Assembly (NCBI GenBank): GCA_038279365.1
Contig: JAYODI010000005.1
Coordinates: 1-64,000 of the forward strand
Direction of reading: 5' to 3'
DNA length: 64,000 nt
DNA from: Candidatus Latescibacterota bacterium
Lineage (GTDB): Bacteria > Latescibacterota > UBA2968
Shown here: positions 40,531 to 50,461 of the stretch, piece by piece
Layout: every line of letters starts with the position of its first letter
Numbering within the stretch: the stretch's first letter is position 1
Program-made: the position numbers and the translations under genes
Notes under the pieces: model-generated
The model's input: only the letters and a program-made list of their open reading frames with translations
Database searches by the model: none
Told to the model about the DNA's origin: nothing

Positions 40531-40546
40531 ATCAAATGTTATGCCA
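40531..40546 (-). promoter_or_regulatory. Possible sigma-54 promoter
   Basis: TGGCAT-N5-TTGAT upstream of yceI (non-canonical -12). Confidence 0.35.
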
Positions 40547-40825
40547 AAATTTTATAAAAAAAATAATTGATTTAAAAACAACAATTTAATTAATTATATC
40601 TACGAGAACATATTTTTATAACACAGCCCTTCTTAAAGGCAAACCCACAAATAAGGTGTATCTAACCGACACACTTGGCGAATTACACCAATCTACTTGC
40701 AAAAAATAGAAATTGCTTGTAATCTTACCCTTCAACCTTAAAAAGAGCATCGCCTAACGCGCTTAGATGATACCTCTCGCAGACAACCTTTTCATGTGAC
40801 CAACCCAATATTCCCGAAAAATCTC

Positions 40826-41902
40826 ATGCCAGAAATTGCCTACTTTGTCACCCCACACGGTTTTGGACACGCCACCCGTGCCGCCGCCGTAATGGCCGCA
40901 CTGCAAAAACGCAATCCCAATATTCACATCCACATCTTCACCCAAGCCCCAGAGCGCATCTTTACCGAAACCCTTCCACACACATTTACCTATCACAACC
41001 TCCTAACAGACTTAGGCCTCGTACAGCTTACCCCCCTTGAAGCAGATTTCCCAGCAACCATTCAACGCCTCAACACCTTCTACCCCTTAGATCAAACCCT
41101 CATTCAAAAACTGGCCCAACAAATTCAATCTTGCGTGTGTGTCTGTTGCGACATTGCCCCTTTGGGCATTGCTGTTGCACAAAAAGCCAACCGACCTTCC
41201 GTCCTCATTGAGAACTTCACCTGGAACTGGATCTACGAACCCTTTGTATCAGATTACCCTGCCTTCACCCCACACATCACCTATTTAAAAGACCTCTTCC
41301 AATCGGCAACGCACCATATTCAAACCCGTCCCGTATGTTACCCAAATGCCAAAGCAACCACCGTGAACCCCGTCAGCCGAGACAATCGCCAGCCTCGCCA
41401 AGAAATACGACAAGCACTTGGTTTATCAGACACATCAAAAGTTGTGATGATCACAATGGGCGGTGTTCCCTTCCAATATGCCGGATCAGATCACTTATCA
41501 CAATTGACCAACACCTACTTCCTCCTGCCCAACAGTGGCGACACACTCCGCCAAGAAGGCAACCTCATCCATCTGCCACGCGATTCACAATTGTACCATC
41601 CCGATTTGGTCCAAGCAAGCGACCTCGTCATATCCAAAATCGGTTACAGCACCGTAGCCGAAGTGTATCAAACAGGCACACCATTGGGTTATATCCCACG
41701 TCCAGAATTTCGCGAATCAGCAGCCCTCCAACCCTTCATCGAAACACACATGCCCAGTTTATCCATTAACAATAACGACTTTGAATCGGGCAAATGGCTC
41801 CAATCACTCTCTCACCTCTTAGCCCTACCACGCGCCCAACGCACCCAACCCAATGGGGCGCACCAAATTGCCGAATACCTCATCACAAATATCTTATCTT
41901 AA
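40826..41902 (+). CDS. GT-B fold glycosyltransferase-like protein (arabinokinase N-domain-like)
   Basis: PHGFGHATR, NFTW, TMGG, SKIGYSTVAE, FRE. Confidence 0.75.
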   Translation: MPEIAYFVTPHGFGHATRAAAVMAALQKRNPNIHIHIFTQAPERIFTETLPHTFTYHNLLTDLGLVQLTPLEADFPATIQRLNTFYPLDQTLIQKLAQQIQSCVCVCCDIAPLGIAVAQKANRPSVLIENFTWNWIYEPFVSDYPAFTPHITYLKDLFQSATHHIQTRPVCYPNAKATTVNPVSRDNRQPRQEIRQALGLSDTSKVVMITMGGVPFQYAGSDHLSQLTNTYFLLPNSGDTLRQEGNLIHLPRDSQLYHPDLVQASDLVISKIGYSTVAEVYQTGTPLGYIPRPEFRESAALQPFIETHMPSLSINNNDFESGKWLQSLSHLLALPRAQRTQPNGAHQIAEYLITNILS

Positions 41903-41920
41903 AAACACATATTTGATAAT

Positions 41921-41956
41921 AAAAAAGGGGCGCATCAAATGACGCGCCCCTTTTTC
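41921..41956. terminator. Bidirectional terminator
   Basis: aaaaaaggggcgc..gcgccccttttt. Confidence 0.8.
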
Positions 41957-41978
41957 ATTCTACAGATCAAATACCATC

Positions 41979-43655
41979 TCAACCTTGAGGTGTAATCGTC
42001 ACACGAATCACACGATCAACCGCAGGAATACGTGCATCATTCACTTCACGCACGATATTATTTGAATCAACAGCACCTGTATTCGCACCCGATTGGCGCG
42101 GTGCCTGATCCAAGCCCACACCCGGCACCTGATTCACTTCTGTACCTGAATCCCACAAACGAATCATGTTCGTAATATCACCCGAAATGGGCGTGCCACC
42201 TGACGTCCACAACGCAATCCCATTGCCATTGGGTGCATAAAACCAGTCATTCGATTGCACAAACATGGTGGCAAAAGACAACTTCTCACCCGGTGTGGCA
42301 CTAAAGGTAAAGGAATAGGCACTGCCCGGAAACACAGGCCCAGGCCCCGTTGCACCTACGGGCACCGCAAATGCGCCAGAAGCACCCACACCTGCACGTG
42401 CCGCAACAGCCATTGCCAATGCCGCAGGGCTACCATCTTCGGCCAAAGCTTCCAAACCTTCACCGCGATCTGCCGATCCAGCAAGGAACAACACATCAGA
42501 ACCCGTGTGCGCCGCAAAAACACCCGGAGCCAATGGCCCAGTCACACCTGTTTTACCCGCAAGCACACCGGCCAAAGTCGCAGGGTTGCCATCTTCAGCA
42601 ATCGCTTCCAAACCTTCACCGCGATCTGCAACCCCATTGTTAAATAATGGCGCGCCATCGTTGTGTACCACAAATACTCCAGGTGCAAAAGGTGTCGGCA
42701 ATGATGAACTTCCCGATACATTTTCAATGCGCACCGTAAACCGTGTCCCCACTGAAGAAACTGTCACACGAATCACACTGGCCACAGCAGGCACGCCAAC
42801 CGTTTCTGCCAAACGAACCGTATTGTTTGGGTCAACAGCACCCGTATTAGGCCCTGCCTGACGCGGTGCCTGATCGGGCCCCGTTCCGGGTGTTTGATTG
42901 ATTTCTGTACCCGAATCCCAAAGTTTGATCAAGCTTGTAATATCACCACTAATTGCAGTACCATTGGTGTTCCAAAGCGCAATACCCGTTTCATCGGGTG
43001 CATAAAACAAATCGTTCGATTGCACAAACATCGTAGCAAAAGACAAACGCGACCCTGGTGCTGCATCAAAGTTAAACACATAAGCACCACCCGGTAGCGC
43101 AGGTCCTGGCCCACTGGCACCTTCTGGGGTGTTAAAGACACCACTTGCAATATAAGGATAAGCCACCGACACATTTTCCACACGCACCGTAAACACCGTT
43201 TTGGGTACAATGCTTGCACCCATTGTCACTTGCGCAGAACCACCAACAGCCAACATCACATTTTGCTCAACCCCACCATTAATGGGCACACTGCCCCACT
43301 GCCCCAACACACTGCCTGCTGTATTTGTTGCACGAATCTGATAATACCCACTCACATCACCCCGATCAGACAAAACTTCAATGCTCGCCATACCAGATGC
43401 ATTGGTCGTGCCCATCCAACGATAATCAGCCGCACGCCCCGCCACCGAACGCGACATTGCCACCGTTGCACCAGAAACAGGCGCCCCATTTTGCATCAGT
43501 GTGGCCATCACCACCGAGCGTGGGTTGGCCAGTTTGCTGGCGGGTTTGCCTAAGGGCATGGGTCCGTCTTGCATATTCGACTGTAAGGCATTATCCTGCC
43601 CACAGCCCGTAATGGCCAATCCTGCAGCCAACATCAATGCACCTATTTTTTTCAT
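41979..43655 (-). CDS. Spondin_N domain lipoprotein
   Basis: Lipobox ITGC; duplicated SFATMFVQSND, WDSGTE.NQ, APGVF..H, GLEA.AEDG. Confidence 0.85.
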   Translation of the reverse strand: MKKIGALMLAAGLAITGCGQDNALQSNMQDGPMPLGKPASKLANPRSVVMATLMQNGAPVSGATVAMSRSVAGRAADYRWMGTTNASGMASIEVLSDRGDVSGYYQIRATNTAGSVLGQWGSVPINGGVEQNVMLAVGGSAQVTMGASIVPKTVFTVRVENVSVAYPYIASGVFNTPEGASGPGPALPGGAYVFNFDAAPGSRLSFATMFVQSNDLFYAPDETGIALWNTNGTAISGDITSLIKLWDSGTEINQTPGTGPDQAPRQAGPNTGAVDPNNTVRLAETVGVPAVASVIRVTVSSVGTRFTVRIENVSGSSSLPTPFAPGVFVVHNDGAPLFNNGVADRGEGLEAIAEDGNPATLAGVLAGKTGVTGPLAPGVFAAHTGSDVLFLAGSADRGEGLEALAEDGSPAALAMAVAARAGVGASGAFAVPVGATGPGPVFPGSAYSFTFSATPGEKLSFATMFVQSNDWFYAPNGNGIALWTSGGTPISGDITNMIRLWDSGTEVNQVPGVGLDQAPRQSGANTGAVDSNNIVREVNDARIPAVDRVIRVTITPQG

Positions 43656-43723
43656 AACAACCCCCTTTAAAAAGTCTATTCAGCTATCATCATTTTATGA
43701 TCACTCAAAAATAGACCAAAAGT

Positions 43724-43753
43724 ATCACAAAACATTCACAGAGGGTTCACAAG
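43724..43753. promoter_or_regulatory. OmpR-type triple direct repeat
   Basis: TCACA at 43725, 43736 and 43747 (11-bp period) upstream of the spondin gene. Confidence 0.6.
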
Positions 43754-43758
43754 AGTAT

Positions 43759-43790
43759 AAAAAAAGCCCCAGCACAATTGCCGGAGCTTT
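43759..43790 (-). terminator. Probable terminator after the sensor kinase
   Basis: Imperfect stem followed by a T-tract on the minus strand. Confidence 0.45.
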
Positions 43791-43831
43791 AAAATGACCG
43801 CATAATAGACACACCAAAACATCGAGAAAAA

Positions 43832-45298
43832 TCACACCGATACAGCCACATCAAAACCAAACGTCGTTCCCTTATTCAACTGGCTCGACACATTAATTTT
43901 TCGCCCGTGTGCTTCCACAATCTTCTGTGCAATAGCCAATCCCAAGCCCGTCCCCCCCTTAGACCGACTCTTTTCTGCGCGGAAAAACCGATCAAAAATT
44001 TGAGGCAAATCCTCTGTCGAAATTCCTTGCCCCGTATCAGCAACCGACACGTGTACCCCATTTTCACCTTTTGTCACAGACACATTTACCGCCCCACCCT
44101 TCGGTGTGTAACGCACCGCATTCTCGATTAAGTTCGACAACACCCGCGACATCATACCAATATCAGCATATACCAATGGCAAATCTTCAGGGGGTGTCAT
44201 AGACAAGCGTACCCCATTTTCTTCGGCTTGTACTTGAAATTCTAAAATCGTATCCTGCACCAACTCCGCCATCGAAAAAGCTTCACACTCGGGCTCCACT
44301 TGCTTGGCATCTAATTTCGACAATTCAAATAATTCCGACACCAAACGATTGAGCGTGGTTACATTGTGAAAAATTGTATTTAAAAATTGATGGCGTTTTT
44401 CGGGCGCCAAATCATCTCCCTTCATCAACACCGTTTCCAAATACCCCTGAATCGAAGCCAGAGGGCTGCGCAAATCGTGTGAAATATTGGCCACCAATTC
44501 TCGGCGCAACACATCGTTCTTTTTTAACTGCTCCACATTGGCCTCAATGGTATCGGCCATTTGATTAAACGCCCGACCCAGTTGGCCAATTTCATCGCCC
44601 GTTTGAACCGAAATCCGCTCCTGATAATTGCCCCGTTCAAATTTTTGCACCGTCCCCGTCATCACACGCAAACGCTTGGTCAGCACAAAAAACAACAACA
44701 AACCCACCACACCCGTTAGCGCAAATGCCCCACCCAACACAAACACACTCGTCTGCACCGTATAACTTTCTTCAACCATCGACGACACCGAATCGTATTG
44801 CTCGCCCCCCAAAATCACATACAAATATCCTGCCTGCCCTTTGCCAATTTGTACAGGCGTCACCGAAAACGGTTTATGACGATCCACACTGCGTGGGTCA
44901 TCGCCATAAATTGGCATCGACAACGGCTCATCCGATCGCAAATAGTCACGAATGGGGGCCATATCAACTGACATTCGCTTAATCTTTTCGGGGTCGGCAA
45001 AATAAGCCAACAAATTGCCCGCCTCATCAATCAGATAAATTTCCACACGCGGGTTCATAACCATCAATTCTTTAAAGGAATGTTCTATGGCATCATAATC
45101 CGCTTTTTCAACCAAATAAGGCCCAAATTTTTTGGCCAAATCTTGCGCCAATGTGCGATTCAGTTTTTGATCGGTCTCAGCCACAAAATCCATCGACGCT
45201 TCTCGCGAGATATAATATTGCACCGCACCCAATACCAACAACAAAACCAAAAAGATCACCGATAATTTGCCGTACAAACTATTCAGCATCTGTTTCAT
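43832..45298 (-). CDS. HAMP-containing sensor histidine kinase
   Basis: DEIGQLGRAFNQMA, ISHDLRSPL, NLIENAVRY, DTGQG, GTGLGL. Confidence 0.95.
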   Translation of the reverse strand: MKQMLNSLYGKLSVIFLVLLLVLGAVQYYISREASMDFVAETDQKLNRTLAQDLAKKFGPYLVEKADYDAIEHSFKELMVMNPRVEIYLIDEAGNLLAYFADPEKIKRMSVDMAPIRDYLRSDEPLSMPIYGDDPRSVDRHKPFSVTPVQIGKGQAGYLYVILGGEQYDSVSSMVEESYTVQTSVFVLGGAFALTGVVGLLLFFVLTKRLRVMTGTVQKFERGNYQERISVQTGDEIGQLGRAFNQMADTIEANVEQLKKNDVLRRELVANISHDLRSPLASIQGYLETVLMKGDDLAPEKRHQFLNTIFHNVTTLNRLVSELFELSKLDAKQVEPECEAFSMAELVQDTILEFQVQAEENGVRLSMTPPEDLPLVYADIGMMSRVLSNLIENAVRYTPKGGAVNVSVTKGENGVHVSVADTGQGISTEDLPQIFDRFFRAEKSRSKGGTGLGLAIAQKIVEAHGRKINVSSQLNKGTTFGFDVAVSV

Positions 45299-46001
45299 GA
45301 TCCAACTCCTCCTCTTCGGCAAACCGATAGCCCACCCCCCACACCGTCTTAATCAACTCTGGATGTGCCGGATCTTTTTCAATTTTGGCGCGCAACCGAT
45401 TGATGTGCGAATTCACCGTATGATTATATCCATCAAACTGATACCCCCACACCAAATCCAACAAATGCTCACGGCTATATACCCGCCCAGGATGTTTGGC
45501 AAACAACACCAACAAATCAAATTCTTTAGACGTCAGCTCAATGCGCTCATCACCACGATTAACCCGTCTTTTTACCAAGTTAATCACCAAAGCGCCACGC
45601 GTAAGCGTTTCTGGTAAATCCGCTTCTTCAACCGGATGTGATCGACGGATCAATGCCTTGATGCGTGCCATGAGTTCCCGAATACCAAATGGTTTGGTCA
45701 CATAATCATCTGCACCAAGCTCCAACCCCAACACCTTGTCAAATTCTTCAGACTTCGACGTCAGCATCAAAATGGGCAAATTTTCTTTTTTGGCCCGAAT
45801 CCCCTTGCACACATCCATCCCATCTTTTTTAGGCAACATCAAATCTAAAATCACCAACCGATAATCGCCCGACAACGCCATCTGCAACCCCACTTCACCA
45901 TCGGCGGCATGATCCAAATCATATCCCAAATCTTGAATATGCAAATCCAATAATTCAGCAATGTCCATATCGTCTTCAACAAGTAAAATTTTATCGGGCA
46001 T
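45279..46001 (-). CDS. OmpR/PhoB family response regulator
   Basis: LLVEDD, LDLMLP, GADDYVTKPF, VNSHINRLR, TVWGVGY. Confidence 0.95.
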   Translation of the reverse strand: MPDKILLVEDDMDIAELLDLHIQDLGYDLDHAADGEVGLQMALSGDYRLVILDLMLPKKDGMDVCKGIRAKKENLPILMLTSKSEEFDKVLGLELGADDYVTKPFGIRELMARIKALIRRSHPVEEADLPETLTRGALVINLVKRRVNRGDERIELTSKEFDLLVLFAKHPGRVYSREHLLDLVWGYQFDGYNHTVNSHINRLRAKIEKDPAHPELIKTVWGVGYRFAEEEELDHETDAE

Positions 46002-46065
46002 AAATTTCTCAATGGCTAAAAGTAATACTGTAGAACCTTCAAAAATAGAGGCTGTATCGTTTGGT

Positions 46066-48354
46066 TTATTTGTGATCTCGTTCTGCCATCTGTACAGGCG
46101 ATGCCGCCAACCCATCGGTCGTTGCCATCTCACCCGATTCCAAATCAACCTGCCCAAATGTCAACACACCCGTTGGACAACTTTGCACACACGCCGAACA
46201 GCGTACACACTCAGGGTCTTCCATTGGCAAACCCTTATTGGCAAAATTCATCACATCAATACCCTGGTGGCACACCGATGTACACACATTGCACGAAATA
46301 CATTTTTTCTTATCGGCAAAAATGCGAAACCGAGAAAACCGCGCATAAATATGCATCAATGCCGCCAATGGGCACGCAAACCGACACCACACCCGCCCAC
46401 TAAAATGCCAATAAAAACCCACCCCAACAATGCCCGCCAACAACAAATCAACCGACCACACATAATTCAAAAAGGTCAACGGAAATGGCAAACTCCCCCA
46501 GTTCACGGTCTTGCCCATAAACAAACCCATATACCCCACATTTACCCAATGATCATAAGGCAACATCCAGCCCACAACGCGCAAAACAAAAATCACAAAC
46601 ACCACCCCCAAAATCACCTGCCCCACCATGTTTACCTTATTCCACACAGGTCCATGGGGCATCTTTTGTCGGTGTGCATCACCCATTGTTTCGGCCAAAG
46701 CCCCACACGAGCAAATCCATCCACAATAAGCACCCTTACCCCATCGCCAAACAATCAGTGGGATCACCACAAAGGTTTGCACCAAACTGATGCCCAACCA
46801 CACCCACATCGGCTCACTCGTAAACACATTCCACACAAACAAGGGCCACGCCAAAATGAACCCCAAACTGCGCCAATACTCTCGCCCGTGTGGGTCCCAC
46901 TCCGTCACAGGAAACAACGCATCGGCCAAAGGCTTAAAAAACGCCCCATCCGAAAACCACCCGTTGTGTCCCATCCACGGCAAAAAAATGTAGGGCAACA
47001 AAAACAGTGGAATACACTGAATCACCATCAACGTCACCGTCTGCACCGTTACATAAGGCGTTTGCCGTCGTTTGATACGCCGATAACCAAAACCAACCAC
47101 ACATCCACAATAAGCCAGCGAATAATAAAAACTCGGCTGTGTCATCGACGTCCAAATCGTCCCCCACAAATTCGATGGATCATCCGACACCGACAAATTA
47201 AACGGAAACCACTTGGCCGCCTTAAACCACTCATACACCGGAATACCAGCACCCGTTTTCCAATGATACACAAACACACACGCCAACATAATCAGCGAAA
47301 AAGAAACCCATGTAGAGGCACGCCATTCACCCCGAATGGGCACACCCGACCGGCGAAAAAAATCCAACGGTGCTTCGCGTCCCAACATCGCAAACACCAC
47401 ATCATTCTTAACCCGCTCATCACCACTTGCCGTTGACAACCTCACATCTTGTTCACCAATCTCCCGAACCTCGCTGCCCATCAACACCCGAAGCCCCCCC
47501 GTTTCCTTCAGTGTTTCAAGCTGCGATATATTGTCAGGTTTGGGGCGGCTAAATGCTTCACGCCGATACGACAACGTCACCTGCCCGCCCGATTCACCAA
47601 TCGCAATCGCCGTCTCAAGCGCACTGTCTCCCCCACCCACCACCAACACGTCTTGCCCCGCATATTCCTTTGGATCATGCAACCGGTTATACACCTTATC
47701 CAAATCTTCACCCGGCACATCCAACTTTCTAAAATTACCCGACCGCCCAATCGCCACAACCACCCGATGCGCCTGTATATCTTCACCATCAGAAACCACA
47801 ACTCGCAAACAATCACCTGTTTTTTCAACATACTCCGCTCGCCCAATCACCACATCAATATCTTTTGTCCGTGCTTCCAATTCCTCTAACAACCGCTCTT
47901 TCACATCTGCATCATCAGAAAATTGCAAATCCCCAGCAGGAACCATCTCCGTTGGATATGTATAAATCGGTTTGCCCTTTGGAAAATTCACCACCGTCGA
48001 AAACCGTTCCGACGCCTCCAAAAGCACAAAATTCAACCCATTTTTTTGGGCCTCCAACGCCGCCGCCATTCCCGATACACCCCCACCCACAATCACCAAA
48101 TCATGAACCCCATCTTGTTTTTTACGCTTTTGAAAAGACACATCCGCAACAAAAGACCGAACAACACGCGCACCCGTATCCGACGAAAATTTCAACAACG
48201 GAATCCCCGTCAAATCACCCACCACATACAAACCCGATACTTCCGTTGAACCATCATCACGCACTTCCGGCAATTTTTCCACAGTACCCGCAGGCCATTG
48301 TGCGTGCAACCAATGTGTGTATCGCTTCAAAAAACCAAACATATCATCATCCAT
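46066..48354 (-). CDS. Thioredoxin-reductase-like flavoprotein fused to a membrane 4Fe-4S (NapH-like) domain
   Basis: GGGVSG, GGGDSA, YCGWICSCG, WCRFACP, CISCNVCTSVC, CVRCSACVQSCP. Confidence 0.85.
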   Translation of the reverse strand: MDDDMFGFLKRYTHWLHAQWPAGTVEKLPEVRDDGSTEVSGLYVVGDLTGIPLLKFSSDTGARVVRSFVADVSFQKRKKQDGVHDLVIVGGGVSGMAAALEAQKNGLNFVLLEASERFSTVVNFPKGKPIYTYPTEMVPAGDLQFSDDADVKERLLEELEARTKDIDVVIGRAEYVEKTGDCLRVVVSDGEDIQAHRVVVAIGRSGNFRKLDVPGEDLDKVYNRLHDPKEYAGQDVLVVGGGDSALETAIAIGESGGQVTLSYRREAFSRPKPDNISQLETLKETGGLRVLMGSEVREIGEQDVRLSTASGDERVKNDVVFAMLGREAPLDFFRRSGVPIRGEWRASTWVSFSLIMLACVFVYHWKTGAGIPVYEWFKAAKWFPFNLSVSDDPSNLWGTIWTSMTQPSFYYSLAYCGCVVGFGYRRIKRRQTPYVTVQTVTLMVIQCIPLFLLPYIFLPWMGHNGWFSDGAFFKPLADALFPVTEWDPHGREYWRSLGFILAWPLFVWNVFTSEPMWVWLGISLVQTFVVIPLIVWRWGKGAYCGWICSCGALAETMGDAHRQKMPHGPVWNKVNMVGQVILGVVFVIFVLRVVGWMLPYDHWVNVGYMGLFMGKTVNWGSLPFPLTFLNYVWSVDLLLAGIVGVGFYWHFSGRVWCRFACPLAALMHIYARFSRFRIFADKKKCISCNVCTSVCHQGIDVMNFANKGLPMEDPECVRCSACVQSCPTGVLTFGQVDLESGEMATTDGLAASPVQMAERDHK

Positions 48355-48426
48355 TCATTTGTAAAATACAATACCCCGGCAAGAATGCCCCAAGAATAGC
48401 CATTCAAAAAACACCCGTCAACCCAC

Positions 48427-48461
48427 AAAAAAACTCGGCCACTACCACCGCCGAGCTTTTT
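48427..48461. terminator. Terminator
   Basis: aaaaaactcggc..gccgagcttttt. Confidence 0.7.
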
Positions 48462-48518
48462 GTGCGATTATTCTCTTCCCTCTCCTACAATTCTTAACCC
48501 AACTGTCTTTGACTTTCA

Positions 48519-48630
48519 TTTGCCGTTTGCCGTTTGCCGTTTGCCGTTTACCGTTTGCCGTTTGCCGTTTGCCGTTTGCCCTTTGCCGTTTGCCGTTTGC
48601 CGTTTGCCGTTTGCCGTTTACCCTTTGCCG
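48519..48630. repeat. Heptamer tandem repeat (TTTGCCG)x16
   Basis: 16 contiguous units, 3 of them variant (tttaccg, tttgccc, tttaccc). Confidence 0.95.
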
Positions 48631-48633
48631 CCT

Positions 48634-49470
48634 TTAAAGCGCCAATATCCTTACCGCATTATTATGTAAAATATCTGCCAAAGCATCTTCATCTGTAACC
48701 ATACGCGCCAAAAAAGGCTCCATCACCTGTGCCAGACACTGCCCACGTGCATACCCTTTGCCCATCCCATCAAAACACGGGCAATCGGTTGCAAACATCA
48801 GCTTCTTTTTATGCCGTTCCAAAAAGCCCGCCGCAAAATCTTCATCGCGAGTCAAACCACCCAAACCAGATCCCGCAGACAAATCGGCAAACAGATTGTC
48901 ATAATCGGCCAACAAACGATCAATCAATCCCCCAGGTTTCACGGGGCCTGTGGGATAGAGTGTTTCTTCTGGCGCGGGCACATCGGCACTGATATGGGTC
49001 CACCATGTTTGTGCATGGCCAATAAACTTGGCCTTTGGAAACTTCTTGAGCAATGTTTCCAAATCATCCAAACCCTGATTATATCCATTTTTGCCATCTT
49101 GAAAATGCCACGTCACGGGCCAAGACAAATCATTACATATTGCCAGCACCCCTTCCAAGCGAGGGTCATTTAAACGAATGTGTTGTTTCTGTTCCCCAAA
49201 CCCTTTAAAGATGCCCGTTTTAACCCATTTCTCCAACACAGACACCGCATCCTGTCGTGTGACATCGACATGACAAAAAGGAATAATTTGATCGGGATAC
49301 TTTTTATATGCGGCAACCACCTCTTCGGTTTTCCAATCAAATTCTTCATCACTGCCTTCAATGGGCAAAATCACAGCTTTTTCAGCACCAATATTCTCAA
49401 TATGTGCTATCGTCTCTTCCCACGTACGGCCTTTATGTGTCAAATGAAAATGTGCATCAATCATACCCAT
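48634..49470 (-). CDS. Amidohydrolase_2 family protein
   Basis: IDAHFH, GFGE.K, IGHA, ADLSAGSG, FATDC, NA.RIL. Confidence 0.85.
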   Translation of the reverse strand: MGMIDAHFHLTHKGRTWEETIAHIENIGAEKAVILPIEGSDEEFDWKTEEVVAAYKKYPDQIIPFCHVDVTRQDAVSVLEKWVKTGIFKGFGEQKQHIRLNDPRLEGVLAICNDLSWPVTWHFQDGKNGYNQGLDDLETLLKKFPKAKFIGHAQTWWTHISADVPAPEETLYPTGPVKPGGLIDRLLADYDNLFADLSAGSGLGGLTRDEDFAAGFLERHKKKLMFATDCPCFDGMGKGYARGQCLAQVMEPFLARMVTDEDALADILHNNAVRILAL

Positions 49471-49514
49471 ACCTCACCAATCGCTTGATCAACCCCGTTT
49501 TAACAATCACAAAT

Positions 49515-50294
49515 CTAATAGGGAAACGACTCAGACTCAGGTGCTTGCGACAACTCTGCCAAAAACCGTCCTGTGCCTTCCACTGCAGAATTGAGTACCA
49601 TCTCAGCCTTTTGTGCAGATGCTTTTGTCGCATCACCGCCTGCCGAAGCTGGAATATACAAATGCCACGGGCGCACGAAATCCACCTGAAATTCTTTCAT
49701 TGTCTCCAACTTGGGATAATGAAACGGATGGTTTGTAATCTTATCTTCTCGTACCAATTCGGGTCGCAAGAACATCACCTGAGACGTTTCTTCTTCACCG
49801 GCATGGTCACTGCGATTTTCCCACACCGCTTTGGCTTCTTGAGACGCACACGTGGTTGTATGAATCAAAAAAGTGGACAACCCATCTTGAGCCGCCAAAT
49901 CGCGTTGAACTGCTCGAATCACATCGGGATTGCCCCCATGACCATTAATAAACACAATGCGATGCACATCTTCAGAGCGACACAGCGCCACCAAATCTTT
50001 CAACAAATTCATAAACGTGGGCACTTGCATCCGACACGCAAATGGAAAAGCCCGAAAATTGTTGTTCAAACTGATCCGTTGTGTGGGCAAACACACCACT
50101 TTTCCGCCCAACTCATTGGCCTTTTTTACGCCCCCATAAGCCACATATTGCACCTGAAAACTATCTGTACCAAAGGGCAATGCAGGCCCATGAGGTTCGG
50201 TCGATCCTATCGGAATCAACGCCACATTGGGTTTTAATGCCTTTACATCATCAATCGTCATTTCTTCCAAAATACCCGACAAATTTTCAGCCAT
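49515..50294 (-). CDS. Creatininase family amidohydrolase
   Basis: PIGSTEPHGPALPFGTD, NGHGGN, DHAGEEETS. Confidence 0.9.
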   Translation of the reverse strand: MAENLSGILEEMTIDDVKALKPNVALIPIGSTEPHGPALPFGTDSFQVQYVAYGGVKKANELGGKVVCLPTQRISLNNNFRAFPFACRMQVPTFMNLLKDLVALCRSEDVHRIVFINGHGGNPDVIRAVQRDLAAQDGLSTFLIHTTTCASQEAKAVWENRSDHAGEEETSQVMFLRPELVREDKITNHPFHYPKLETMKEFQVDFVRPWHLYIPASAGGDATKASAQKAEMVLNSAVEGTGRFLAELSQAPESESFPY

Positions 50295-50461
50295 ATCACC
50301 CTCGCGCCCAAAAGTGTCCAAACCTCTTACGAACCAACATGATAGGTTGCCTACGTGCCGCTGTCAAGCCATCATACATCTGTGCCTCAATTCCTTGACC
50401 AACCCCTCTCCTTTAGGTAAATTCATGCTTCCATTGATTTTATGAAAATAAAGGAGCAATT

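Noticed and set aside
40635..40700. GGCAAACC resembling a c-di-GMP-I riboswitch start
   Set aside because: No GNRA loop, receptor or second stem
42050..43060. Internal DNA repeats suggesting a DGR template/variable pair
   Set aside because: In-frame spondin domain duplication; no reverse transcriptase in the window and no evident adenine-specific pattern
45961..47436. 491-aa plus-strand ORF and similar long antisense ORFs (6699-7664, 12104-13129, 49308-50237)
   Set aside because: Shadows of well-supported opposite-strand genes; no recognisable motifs
48519..48630. Possible CRISPR array
   Set aside because: 7-bp units with no spacers, and no cas genes in the window
48460..48669. ORF with (LPFAVCR)n repeats
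   Set aside because: It is just the translation of the heptamer DNA repeat; no RBS or coding support
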